From NCBI RefSeq assembly GCF_963921235.1, contig NW_026948111.1, positions 124,001-188,000 of the forward strand: DNA of 64,000 nt, in the 5' to 3' direction. Shown here piece by piece: positions 1-11,605 of the stretch; within the stretch, counting starts at the first letter, position 1; each line of letters starts with the position of its first letter. Made by a program: the position numbers and the translations under genes. The DNA is from Mobula hypostoma. Taxonomy: Eukaryota. Under the pieces are notes generated by a model. It was given only the letters and a program-made list of their open reading frames with translations. It ran no database searches and had not been told where the DNA came from.

Positions 1-800
1 TACCCACCCACCCCAGTCACCCCTCACAAACAGCCACCCGCCAGTCACCCCCGACAGATACCCGCCCGTCAGTCACCCCCGACAAACACCTGCCCGCCAG
101 TCACCCCCACAGACACCCGCCCGCCAGTCACACCCTACAGATACCCGCCCACCAGTCACCCCTGACAGACACCCGCCCGCAAATCACCCCCCCGCCCGTC
201 CACAGTCACCCCAGACACCCGCCCGCCAGTCACCCCCCACAGACACCCGCCCACCCACAGTCACCCCCACAGACACCCGCCCGCCAGTCACCCCCGATAC
301 CCGCCCGCCAGTCACCCCCCACAGACACCCACCCGCCCACAGTCACCCCCACAGACACCTGCCCGCCAGTCACCCCTGACAGACACCCGCCCGCCAGTCA
401 CCCCTGACAGACACCCGCCCGTCCACAGTCACCCCCACAGACACCCGCCCACCAGTCACCCCCATAAACACCCTTCCGCCAGCCACCCCCCACAAACACC
501 TGCCCGCCAGTCACCCCCACAAACACCCGCCCGCCAGTCACCCCCACAAACACCCGCCTGCCAGTCACCCATCCCAATCACCCAACCACCAGTCACCCCC
601 ACAAACACCCTTCCGCCAGCCACCCCCCACAAACACCCGCCCGCCAGTCACCCCCACAAACACCCACCCGCCAGTCACCCCCACAAACACCCGCCTGCCA
701 GTCACCCATCCCAATCACCCAACCACCAGTCACCCCCACAAACACCCAACTATCTCAGTCACCCACTATCACTCACCCACCCGCCAGTCACCCCTCCCAA
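1..800. repeat. C-rich minisatellite, ~27-30-bp unit (CAGTCACCCCCACAGACACCCGCCCGC), in the DCTN1 intron after the CAP-Gly exon
   Basis: Tandem degenerate copies are visible from the window start and fade out near 800. Confidence 0.9.
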
Positions 801-1320
801 TCGCCCACCTACCAGTACCAGTCTCCACCTTGCCCACACTCTAAACCCGCCACACAACTCCACCACACCCTGAAAATTTACCAACATTCTCCAGGTTTAC
901 ATCCACTTTGCCATCCAGAAACCACACTCCCCCCCACTCCTCCACTGCAACAGGCCAGGCCCCACATGGCAGTATTCCACCACTCCCAGTTAAATCCACA
1001 TTCCCCCACCACCCCTCAAGTACATCTCACACACCCGCAAAATCCAACCCATTTACTAACTAACATGCCAATACTTCACAGCCCAATACTCTACATGCCC
1101 TGTTGCCGGCGTGCCTGCAGATTGGTACCCCGCCTCCCCGACCGTTACAGAGACTCTCCCCACCCCATACCCGGTGAAACCCCTGGGTCAAACCCACCCC
1201 AGTCCAGGGATGGAGGTGGTACCTGTTTCTGCTGTCCTGGTTTTCCTTGCAATCACCCACAGCCTCACCCCACCAAACCAACCCCCAGGGATTCGCCAGG
1301 CCAGGGAGTTGCTACGATAC

Positions 1321-1575
1321 CTGTGACTGCCGTACAAAGATGCCCCGGTTGTCCTCACATGTGAAGTAGCGCTTGCCCTGCACAGTGCCATCGTTTTTGC
1401 CCTTGGCGTCGTCCAGGATCACTCCGACCCACTTCCCGGAGGCAAACATGGTGGCACCCACGTAAGCCACTGTGCCGCGATGCCCTTTGCCGATTACCTC
1501 CACTCGGGAGCCCACCTTCAGGGGTTTAGTACTGCCCCCTTCCCCACTCATCCTGCCGCTGCTGGGGTGTGAGGT
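1321..1575 (-). CDS. DCTN1: Dynactin subunit 1 (p150Glued), CAP-Gly domain exon (equivalent to human exon 2)
   Basis: Translation [85 protein letters not shown] closely matches vertebrate DCTN1, with the GKNDG motif intact. Acceptor tttgcAG at 1577-1576, donor CAG|GTATCG at 1320-1319; 255 nt, phase 0/0. Internal ATG at 1551-1549. Confidence 0.96.
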
Positions 1576-1612
1576 CTGCAAACAAATGTTCAGAGGTAAC
1601 GGTGCAGGCCAA

Positions 1613-3431
1613 TTCCAGGGAAGAACAAACACCGATGGGAAACACATCAGGAAAGCAGAGACAACACCGATGGGAAACACATCAGGGAAGTAGAGACAAG
1701 ACCGATGGGAAACACATCAGGGAAGTAGAGACAAGACCGATGGGAAACACATCAGGGAAGTAGAGACAAGACCGATGGGAAACACATCAGGGAAGTAGAG
1801 ACAAGACCGATGGGAAACACATCAGGGAAGTAGAGACAAGACCGATGGGAAACACATCAGGGAAGTAGAGACAACACTGATGGGAAACACATCAGGGAAG
1901 CAGAGACAACACCGATGGGAAACACATCAGGGAAGTAGAGACAAGACCGATGGGAAACACATCAGGGAAGTAGAGACAAGACCGATGGGAAACACATCAG
2001 GGAAGTAGAGACAAGACCGATGGGAAACACATCAGGGAAGTAGAGACAAGACCGATGGGAAACACATCAGGGAAGTAGAGACAACACCGATGGGAAACAC
2101 ATCAGGGAAGTAGAGACAACACCGATGGGAAACACATCAGGAAAGCAGTGACAACACCAATGGGAAACACTTCAGGAAGCAGTGACAACACCGATGGGAA
2201 ACACATCAGGGAAGCAGTGACAACACCAATGGGAAACACATCAGGGAAGTAGAGACAACACCGATGGGAAACACATCAGGGAAGTAGAGACAACACCGAT
2301 GGGAAACACATCAGGGAAGCAGAGACAACACCGATGGGAAACACATCAGGGAAGTAGAGACAACACCGATGGGAAACACATCAGGGAAGTAGAGACAACA
2401 CCGATGGGAAACACATCAGGGAAGTAGAGACAACACCGATGGGAAACACATCAGGAAAGCAGTGACAACACCAATGGGAAACACTTCAGGAAGCAGTGAC
2501 AACACCGATGGGAAACACATCAGGGAAGCAGTGACAACACCAATGGGAAACACATCAGGGAAGTAGAGACAACACCGATGGGAAACACATCAGGGAAGTA
2601 GAGACAACACCGATGGGAAACACATCAGGGAAGCAGAGACAACACCGATGGGAAACACATCAGGGAAGTAGAGACAACACCGATGGGAAACACATCAGGG
2701 AAGTAGAGACAACACCGATGGGAAACACATCAGGGAAGTAGAGACAACACCGATGGGAAACACATCAGGGAAGTAGAGACAACACCAATGGGAAACACAT
2801 CAGGGAAGCAGTGACAACACTGATGGGAAACACATCAGGGAAGTAGAGACAACACCAATGGGAAACACATCAGGGAAGCAGTGACAACACTGATGGGAAA
2901 CACATCAGGGAAAAACAGACCAACGAGCAGGAAACACATCAGGGAAGCAGTGACAAGACCGATGGGCAACACTCCAGGGAAGAACAAACACCGATGACAA
3001 ACACATCAGGGAAGTAGAGACAACACCGACGGGAAACACATCAGGGAAGTAGAGACAACACTGATGGGAAACACATCAGGGAAGTAGAGACAACACCGAT
3101 GGGAAACACATCAGGGAAGTAGAGACAACACCGATGGGAAACACATCAGGGAAGTAGAGACAACACCAATGGGAAACACATCAGGGAAGCAGTGACAACA
3201 CTGATGGGAAACACATCAGGGAAGTAGAGACAACACCAATGGGAAACACATCAGGGAAGCAGTGACAACACTGATGGGAAACACATCAGGGAAAAACAGA
3301 CCAACGAGCAGGAAACACATCAGGGAAGTAGAGACAACACCAATGGGAAACACATCAAGGAAGCAGTGACAACACTGATGGGAAACACATCAGGGAAGAA
3401 CAGACCAATGAGTAGGAAACACATCAGGGAA
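1613..3431. repeat. 35-bp minisatellite (AGGGAAGTAGAGACAACACCGATGGGAAACACATC), ~50 copies
   Basis: Period 35 read directly (ATCAGGGAAG at 1681 and 1716); highly homogeneous copies. Confidence 0.97.
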
Positions 3432-3536
3432 CCGAAATGAAGTGACGGAGATAAGGGTGGTTGACTCACAAATAGAGAAAGTTTGGAGACAGTGCGAAAG
3501 GGAGTATAGGCAAGTGATAGAGAAGGGATGCACTCA

Positions 3537-4587
3537 GGCTACGTCCACACTACACCAGATAATTTTGAAAACGCCGGTTTCAAGTAAAAACGACAGGCGT
3601 ACACACTAAGCGTTTTTCAAAATATCTCTGTCCACACTAACGCGGATATTTGGGCGAATCTCCTCTACTGGGCACGTGCAGGACACACAGAAAACAAGCG
3701 AAGAGGAAACGGTATACTTAATGCGCGTTTGTCCAGTTACAGAGTAGAAAAACTTCAAAGGAATTGCCCTTAGCTGTCACGCAGGAGGACTTAAAAACTA
3801 AAAAGAAACAAATACTGGAGCTTATGGAGGCAACCGACAGGGAGTTCACAAACAGTATGACCCGGCTAATGATGAACATTGAAAAACTGACTAACTCCGT
3901 TGCGTTAATAAAGCACCTTGTTAAATGAATAAAACATGTCTGCATCAGCGTTATCTTGTATTTCCATACAATGTTACATAAGGCTGTTACACATCTATTG
4001 TCAGAGAAGTACTTGCATAAGGTAAACCACCTTCATACAAGCAAGGACAGAAAACAGGACAAAGTGAGTATACTTATTTATTCAGTAAGCTATGAGTCAA
4101 AGTATTTGGTGAGCACATTTCTAACTCTTCTGGCTTCAGTCTCGTTGTCATCTGTTCTGAAATTGTTAGGTTGTGTGGGGAGTTGCGTTCAAGAAAACAA
4201 CGAAATGCCGCATTGCGGCAATCTATTCCGGCACGTCATGACAGCGTTTTTAAATAGTCAAAAGAGCTCACTTTACAATTTAACTCTCAGTCGTTCACAC
4301 TGACTGCGCGTTATAACAACCGTACGGCAGTGCTTGCGCAGTACCAAGCAGAAGCAGAAAAAGCATTGTTGTTCTGGTGTTGTCAAGACAGCGTTTTTAA
4401 ATCTCTCCGTTTACCCCGTACACACTGCACCAGATATTAGGCGTTTTCAGATTTATTCACTCTGGACACCGTTTCTGAAAATCTCCGTTTTCGGGGGATG
4501 AAAATGCCACTTTAGTGTGGACGGAGGGTCAAAATGAAGAGAAAAAGCTTCGTTTTCAAAATTATCTGGTGTAGTTGGGAGGTAGCC
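3537..4587. mobile_element. Non-autonomous PIF/Harbinger DNA transposon (1051 bp)
   Basis: ~37-bp imperfect TIRs (left GGCTACGTCCACACTACACCAGATAATTTTGAAAACG; right reverse complement GGCTACCTCCCAACTACACCAGATAATTTTGAAAACG), 3-bp TSD TCA at 3534-3536 and 4588-4590, and internal coding remnants. Confidence 0.9.
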
Positions 4588-5320
4588 TCAGTCCGATGGT
4601 TTGAGATGTGTCTATTTTAATGCGAGGAGTATCATGAATAATGCAGATGAGCTTAGAGCGTGGTTCAATACTTGGAGCTATGATGTTGCAGCCATTACAG
4701 AGACTTGGATGGTTCAGGGACAGGAATGGTAACTTCAAGTGCCGGGTTTTAGATGTTTCAGAAAGGACAGGGAGGGAGGCAAAAGAGGTGGGGTGTGGCA
4801 CTGTTGATCAGAGATAGTGTCATGGCTGCAGAAAAGGTGGACGCCATGGAGGGGTTGTCTACGGAGTCTCTGTGGATGAAGGTCAGGAACAGGAAGGGGT
4901 CAATAACTCTACTGGGTGTTTTTTATAGGCCGCCCAACAGTAACATGAATATTGAGGAGCAGATAGGGAAACAGATCCTGGAAAGGTGTAATAATAAGAG
5001 GTGATGTGGTCGGAGATTTTAATTTCCCAAATATCGACTGGCATCTCCCTAAAGCAAGGGGTTTAGATGGGGTGGAATTTGTTAGGTGTGTTCAGGAAGG
5101 TTTCTTGACACAATATGTAGATAAGCCTACAAGAGGAGAGACTGTACTTGATTTGGTGTTGGGAAATGAATCTAGTCAAGTGTCAGATCTCTCAGTGGGA
5201 GAGCATTTTGGAGATAGTGATCATAATTCTATCTCCTTTACAATAGCATTGGGGAGAGATAGGAACAGACAAGTTAGAAAAGAGTTTAATTGGAGTAAGG
5301 GGAATTATGAGGCTATCAGG

Positions 5321-6834
5321 CTATCAGGAAGGAGCTTAAAAAGGAAATTAGGAGAGCCAGAAGGAGCCATGAGAAGGCCTCGGCTGACAGGATTAAGGAA
5401 AACCCCAAGGCATTCTACAAGTATGTGAAGTGCAAGAGGATAAGATGTGAAAGAATAGGACCTATCAAGTGTGACAGTGGGAAAGTGTGTATGGAACCGG
5501 AGGAAATAGCAGAGGTACTTAATGAATACTTTACTTCAGTATCCACTGTGGAAAAGGATCTTGGTGATTGTAGTGATGACTTGCAGTGGACTGAAAAGCT
5601 TCAGCGTGTAGATATTAAGAAAGAGGATGTGCTGGAGCTTTTGGAAAGCATCAAGTTGGATAAGTTGCCGGGACCAGAGGAGATTTACCCCAGGTTACTG
5701 TGGGAGGCGAGGGAGGTACCCCATGCAAGGCTTATTGAGAAAGTAAGGAGGCATTGGATCTAAGGGGACATTGCTTTGCGGATTCAGAACTGGCTTGCCC
5801 ACAGAAGACAAAGAGAGGTTGCAGACGGGTCATATCCTGCACAGAGGTCGGTGACCAGTGGTGTGCCTCAGGGATCTGTTCTGGGACCCCGACTCTACGT
5901 GATTTTTATAAATGACCTGGATGAGGAAGTGGAGGGATGGGTTAGTAAGTTTGCTGATGACACAAGTTTGGGGGTGTTGTGGATAGTTTGGAGGGCTGTC
6001 AGAGGTTACAGCGGGACATTGATAGGATGCAAAACTGGGCTGAGAAGTGGCAGATGGCGTTCAACCCAGATAAGTGTGAAGTGGTTGATTTTGGTAGGTC
6101 AAATATGATGGCAGAATATTGTATTAATAGTAAGATTCTTGGCAGTGTGGAGGATCAGAGGGATATTGGGGTTCAAGTCCATAGGACGCTCAAAGCTGCT
6201 GTGCAGGTTGACTCTGTGGTTAAGAAGGCATATGGTGTATTGGCCTTCATCAATCGTGGAATTGAACTTAGGAGCCGAGAGGTAATGTTGCAGCTATATA
6301 GGACCCTGGTCGGACCCCACTTGGAGTACTGTGCTCAGTTCTGGTTGCCTCACTACACAAAGGATGTGAAACCATAGAAAGGGTGCAGAGGAGATTTACA
6401 AGGATGTTGCCTGGATTGGGGAGCATGCCTTATGAAAACAGGTTGAGTGAACTCGGCCTTTTCTCCTTGGAGCGACGGAGGATGTGAGGTGACCTGATAG
6501 AGGTGTATAAGATGATGAGAGGCATTGATCGTGTGGATAGTCAGAGGCTTTTTCCCAGGGCTGAAATGGTTGCCACAAGAGGGCACGGGTTTAAGGTGCT
6601 TGGAAGTAGGTACAGAGGAGATGTCAGGGGTAAGTTTTTTACTCAGGGAGTGGTGAGTGTGTGGAATGGGCTGCCAGCAACGGTGGTGGAAGCAGATACG
6701 ATAGGGTCTTTTAAGAGACTTTTGAATAGGTACATGGAGCTTAGAAAAATAGAGGACTGTGGGTAACCCTGGTAATTTCTAAGGTAGGGACATGTTCGGC
6801 ATTGTGCTGTAGGTTTTCTATGTTTCGATGTTTC
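5321..6834 (+). mobile_element. 5'-truncated, internally deleted CR1 nested in a same-family CR1
   Basis: Duplicates ORF2 segments also present at 7060-8950, has its own 3' tail (TTCTATGTTTCGATGTTTC, ~6830), and jumps from LWEARE to VPHARL at ~5715. Confidence 0.8.
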
Positions 6835-8979
6835 ATAAATTGGAAACAGATGTTCTCAGGGAAACGTACCGAAGAAATGTGGCAAATGTTCAGGGGATAT
6901 TTGCGTGGGGTTCTGAGTAGGTATGTTCCAATGACACATGGAAAGGATGGTAGGGTACAAGATCCATGGTGCACAAAGGCTGTTGTAAATCTAGTCAAAA
7001 AGAAAAAGAGACTTACATAAGGCTCATAAAACTGGGTAACGATATGAATCTAGAAGATTATAAGGCTAGCAGGAAGAAGCTTAAAAATGAAATTAGGAGA
7101 GCCAGAAGGGGCCATGAGAAGGCCTTGGCAGACAGGATTAAGGAAAACCATTCTACCAGTATGTGAAGAGCAAGAGAATAAGACATCATAGAATGGGACC
7201 AATCAAGTGTGACAGTGGAAAAGTGTGTATGGAACCAGAAGGAAACAGTGGAGGTACTTAATGAATATGTTGCTTCAGTATTCACTATGGAAAAGGATCT
7301 TGGCGATTGTAGGGATGACTTACAGTAGACTGAAAAGCTTGAGAATGCAGATATTAAGAAAGAGGATCTGCTGGAGCTTTTGGAAAGCATCAAGTTGGCT
7401 AAGTCACCAGGACCAGACGGGATGTACCCCAGGCTACTGTGGGAAGCAAGGGAGGAGATTGCTGAGCCTCTGGCAATGATCTTTGCATCATCAATGAGGA
7501 CGGGAGAGGTTCCAGAGGATTGGAGGGTTGCAGATGTTGTTCCATTATTCAAGAAAGGCAGTAGGGATAGCCCAGGAAATTAGAGGCCAGTGAGTCTTAC
7601 TTCAGTGGTTGGTAAGTTGATGGAGAAGATCCTGAGAGGCAGGATTTATGAACATTTGGAGAGGTATAATATGATTAGGAATAGTCAGCACGGCTTTGTC
7701 AAAAGCAGGTTGTGCCTTACGAGCATGATTGAATTTTTTGAGGATGTGACCAAACACATTGATGAAGATAGAGCCGTAGATGTAGTGTATATGGATTTCT
7801 GCAAGGCATTTGACAAGGTACCCCATGCAAGGCTTATTGAGAAAGTAAGGAAGCATGGGATCCGAGGGGACATTACTTTGTGGATCCAGAACTGACTTGC
7901 CCACAGAAGGCAGAGTGGTTGTTGATGGGTCATATTCTGCATGGAGGCCGGTGACCAGTGGTGTGCCTCAGGGATCTGTTCTGGGACCCCTACTCTTCGT
8001 GATTTTTATAAATGACCTGGATGAGGAAGTGAAGGGATGGGTTAGAAAATTTGCTGTTGACACAAAGCTTGGGGGTGTTGTGGATAGTGTGGAGGGCTGT
8101 CAGAGGTTACAACGGGACATTGATAGGATGCAAAACAGAGCTGAGAAGTGGCAGATGGAGTTCAACCCAGAGAAGTGTGAGGTGGTTCATTTTGGTAGGT
8201 CAAATATAATGGCAGAATATAGTATTAATGGTAAGACTACTGGCAGTGTGGATGATCAGAGGGATCTTGGGGTCAGAGTCCGCAGGACATTTAAAGCTGC
8301 TGTGCAGGTTGACAGTGGTGATAAGAAGGCATATGGTGTGTTGGCCTTCATCAACTATGGGACTGAGTTCAAGAGCCGAGAGGTAATTCTGCAGCTATAT
8401 AAGACCCTGGTCAGACCGCACTTGGAGGACTGTGCTCATTTCTGGTCACCTCACTACAGGAAGGATATGGAAGCCATAGAAAGGGTGCAGAGGAGATTTG
8501 CAAGGATTCTGCCTGGATTGGGGAGCATGCCTTATGAGAATAGGTTGAGTGAACTCGGCCTTTTCTCCTTGGAGCGACGGAGGATGAGAGGTGACTTGAT
8601 AGAGGTGTATAAGATAATGAGAGGCATTGATCATGTGGATAGTCAGAGGCTTTTCCTCGGGGCTGAAATGGTTAGCATGAGAGGGCACAGTTTTAAGGTG
8701 ATTGGAAGTAGGTACAGAGGAGATGTTGGGGGAAGTTTTTTTAATGCAGAGAGTGGTGAGAGTGTGGAACAGGCTGCCGGCAGTGGCGGTGGAGGCGGAA
8801 ATGATAGGGTCTTTTAAAAGGCTCCCGGATGGCTACATGGAGCTTGGAAAAAAAGGGCTATAGGTAAAGCCTAGGTAGTTCTAAGGTAGGGACATGTTCG
8901 GCACAGCTTTGTGGGCCAAAGGGCCTGTATTGTGCTGTAGGTTTTTTACGTTTCCATGGAAGTAGAGACAACACCAACG

Positions 8980-9070
8980 GACAACACACTCAAACTGCTG
9001 CAGGAGCTCAGCAGCCATGGAGGGGATAAACAGACAACATTTCAGACCGAAACTTTTATCAGGACCTGAA
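8980..9070 (-). mobile_element. Degenerate Penelope-like element terminal fragment
   Basis: Similar to the copies at 20857 and 55363; contains a decayed hammerhead-like motif. Confidence 0.55.
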
Positions 9071-9084
9071 AAAAAAAAATCACA

Positions 9085-9166
9085 TTCCATAAGCAGCCTG
9101 CAAGCTCTTGGGATGTGGATGGAAACCCATACAGTGTAAAGGAGAAACATGCAAACTTCACACAGA
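9085..9166 (-). mobile_element. V-SINE central-domain fragment
   Basis: Minus strand TGTGTGAAGTTTGCATGTTTCTCC...TGGGTTTCC...CACATCCCAAG resembles the conserved V domain (recognised from memory). Confidence 0.55.
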
Positions 9167-9519
9167 AATTTCAGGCTGTGACCCTTCATCAGGACTGGAA
9201 TGGAATGCTCAGCAACTGGGCAGGGAGTCTGTTTCAGACTCAGTGAGAATGAGGAGGAGAAGTTTAGGCACCCCTGCCAGCCTGCCATCTCAGTCTGAAC
9301 CTGTTCCAATCCAGCTCTAACAGTCATGGCACGGAACTCTGGAGGCTGACATACAAGTCCACAGCTCCCCAAGTGTGTCAGCCAGGATGGAAGAGGACTG
9401 AACATGGAGGCAGGGTTTCACCCAAAACATTGACAAATCCTTCCCAGTCCACAGCTCCTGCTCGAGCTGACGAGTCAGATCAGATGATGAGAACAGGCTC
9501 TTTGGACGCAACAGCCCTA

Positions 9520-9830
9520 CTCCCAATTAATCTCAACATTCCCTCCAACACAGCCGACAGAACTCCCTTTTTCTATCAACAATCTGAGAGTCTCTGCTGT
9601 ATCAGTCTTTGTCCCCACCCTCGGCAGGGTAAAAAACCCACCTCTGACATTTCCCTTGCACTTGCCTGCAATCACCTTAAACTTACGCCCCCTTGTACTA
9701 GCCATTTCCATCCTGGGGAAAAGTCTCCAGCAGTCCACTCGATCTTTGCCTCTCTTCATCTTCTGCACCTCTGATTGTACCTCACTGCAGAGAGAACAGT
9801 GCAAGGCCACTCAGCCTGCTCTCACTGCCC
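9520..9830 (-). mobile_element. Old CR1 3' fragment
   Basis: Translation EVQKMKRGKDRVDCWRLFPRMEMASTRGRKFKV resembles the CR1 ORF2 C-terminus. Confidence 0.7.
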
Positions 9831-10069
9831 GCACTCTGATCATAGACTCCACTTCCAGCTTTCACTGCTGCCGTGAAAGGGGAGGCACAGTACAGGATCC
9901 TGAGCACACACTCAGTTTCAGGAACAGCTTTTTCCCCTCCACCATCATCTTTCTGATTCGACAATGAACCCATGTACACAGCCTCAGAATTTATTATGCT
10001 CTCTTTTTGCAGTTTAGTTGGAACAATGTGGTAGAACCGAGCAAAGAATAGATTCTTCAGGATGCTGCA

Positions 10070-10490
10070 GTTACAGGCTGGGTTTATTCTAAGCAAACAG
10101 AAGAAAGTTCATCATGCAGAGGTGTTGAGGACATTGAGCGAGTTGCCAGACAAGGTGGTAGAGGCGGATACATTTATAATACTAAAAGGGCACTGCATCT
10201 GAAATATTCAACGAGAACATGAGGGGGATCTTTGCCAGAGGGTGTTGAGAGGTTGGAACAAGCTGCCAACAGAAATGGTGGACATGGGTTCGATTTCAAC
10301 ATTTCAGACAACTTTGGAGGGATATGGTCCGGGTGTAGTACTTGAACACAGAACACTACAACACAGTACAGGCTCTCCAGTCTACAGATTAACCAATCCC
10401 CTCAGAACCCAATATTTACTTTCAGAAGCAGAAGGACTTTGGCAGATCTGGTCAGAATAGACAGGATGGGCCGAAAGGCCTGTTTCTGCA
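10070..10490 (+). mobile_element. Old CR1 3' fragments
   Basis: WNKLPTEMV and GATGGGCCGAAAGGCCTGTTTC are CR1 3' end motifs. Confidence 0.6.
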
Positions 10491-11052
10491 CGATGGTAAT
10501 GACGTCCAGAAGCTGCAGAATGAGTGGCACAAGTGCCTGTTTCTGTGACACTGAAAGAGGCCCTGTGGCCCGTCATCTCCGTGCTGAGAGTTTTGTGGCT
10601 GCAAACCAGGCCATTCGGCCCATCATTGCACTGTACTTTCAATTGTAAACACATTTCCCCACAAAACCATGCTGTCTCCAATGTCACAGTCCTTCAGCTG
10701 CCAGTTCGAATGCTTCCTGAAGGTGTAGTCTCAGCCTCCACCATTCCTCAGGCACCGCATTCTGGATCCCAAACATTCTCCATGTTAACAATCGTCCAAC
10801 CATTCAAAACTTCCAACTAAACCCCTGCACTGTGATTCTGGCACCACCAGGCTGGAAAAATTATTTTCTCTGCCCCTCCCTCAGGTACTGCACTTCTGCA
10901 GTGTTACCACATCCTTCCAAGAGAGGGGAAACCACAGCTGTACACAACTCTATCCGGGAGGCTCACCCAGCATGCAGGAAATTGCACCATAACCTCCATG
11001 AGTGCAAACGTTCATGTGCTTTCCTCTCCACTCGGTCCTTCACAAAAATCAC

Positions 11053-11605
11053 CAGGGCATAGTACCAGTGGGGCCAGGTCTGTCACTGTATAACACCAGG
11101 GGACAGGTCGGGGTACGGTACCAGTGGGGACAGGTCTGTCACTGTATAACACCGGGGTACGGTACCGGTGGGGACGGGTCTGTCACTGTATAACACCAGG
11201 GGACAGGTCGGGGTACGGTACCAGTGGGGACAGGTCTGTCACTGTATAACACCGGGGTACGGTACCGGTGGGGACGGGTCTGTCACTGTATAACACCAGG
11301 GGACAGGTCGGGGTACGGTACCAGTGGGGACAGGTCTGTCACTGTATAACACCGGGGTACGGTACCGGTGGGGACGGGTCTGTCACTGTATAACACCAGG
11401 GGACAGGCCGGGGTACGGTACCGGTGGGGACAGGTCTGTCACTGTATAACACCGGGGTACGGTACTGGTGGGGATGGGTCCGTCACTGTATAACACCAGG
11501 GGACAGGCCTGGGTACAGTATCGGTGGGGACGGGTCTGTCGCTGCGCGACGCCGGGGTACGGTACCGGTGGGGACAGGTCTGTCACTGTATAACACCGGG
11601 GTACA
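11053..11605. repeat. Minisatellite of alternating 44- and 56-bp units (100-bp higher-order period); core GGTACCAGTGGGGACAGGTCTGTCACTGTATAACACC
   Basis: GGTACCGGTG recurs at 11161, 11261 and 11361. Confidence 0.95.

Larger units (their letters stand above)
3432..8956 (+). mobile_element. CR1 LINE composite: outer element 3432-3536 + 4588-5320 + 6835-8956, interrupted by a Harbinger element and a second CR1
   Basis: ORF2 start LRCVYFNARS at ~4600, APE endonuclease (GDFNFPNIDW, SDHN), RT motifs ([22 protein letters not shown]), CR1 C-terminus and 3' tail near 8950; multiple stops and frameshifts. Confidence 0.9.

Noticed and set aside
800..1310. Next DCTN1 exon (IQVFEDG...-like)
   Set aside because: No matching peptide after a minus-strand acceptor; it presumably lies left of the window.
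1613..3431. CRISPR-like array (35-bp repeats)
   Set aside because: Head-to-tail repeats with no unique spacers, no cas genes, vertebrate context.
7855..8817. Intact or domesticated reverse transcriptase gene
   Set aside because: The catalytic motif reads FAVD, flanking frames carry stops and frameshifts, and it is an ordinary decayed CR1.
10524..10820. Peptide NVTVLQLPVR resembling the WDR54 N-terminus (a DCTN1 neighbour in human)
   Set aside because: Similarity is limited to a few residues, and the region reads as a degraded antisense CR1 3' end.
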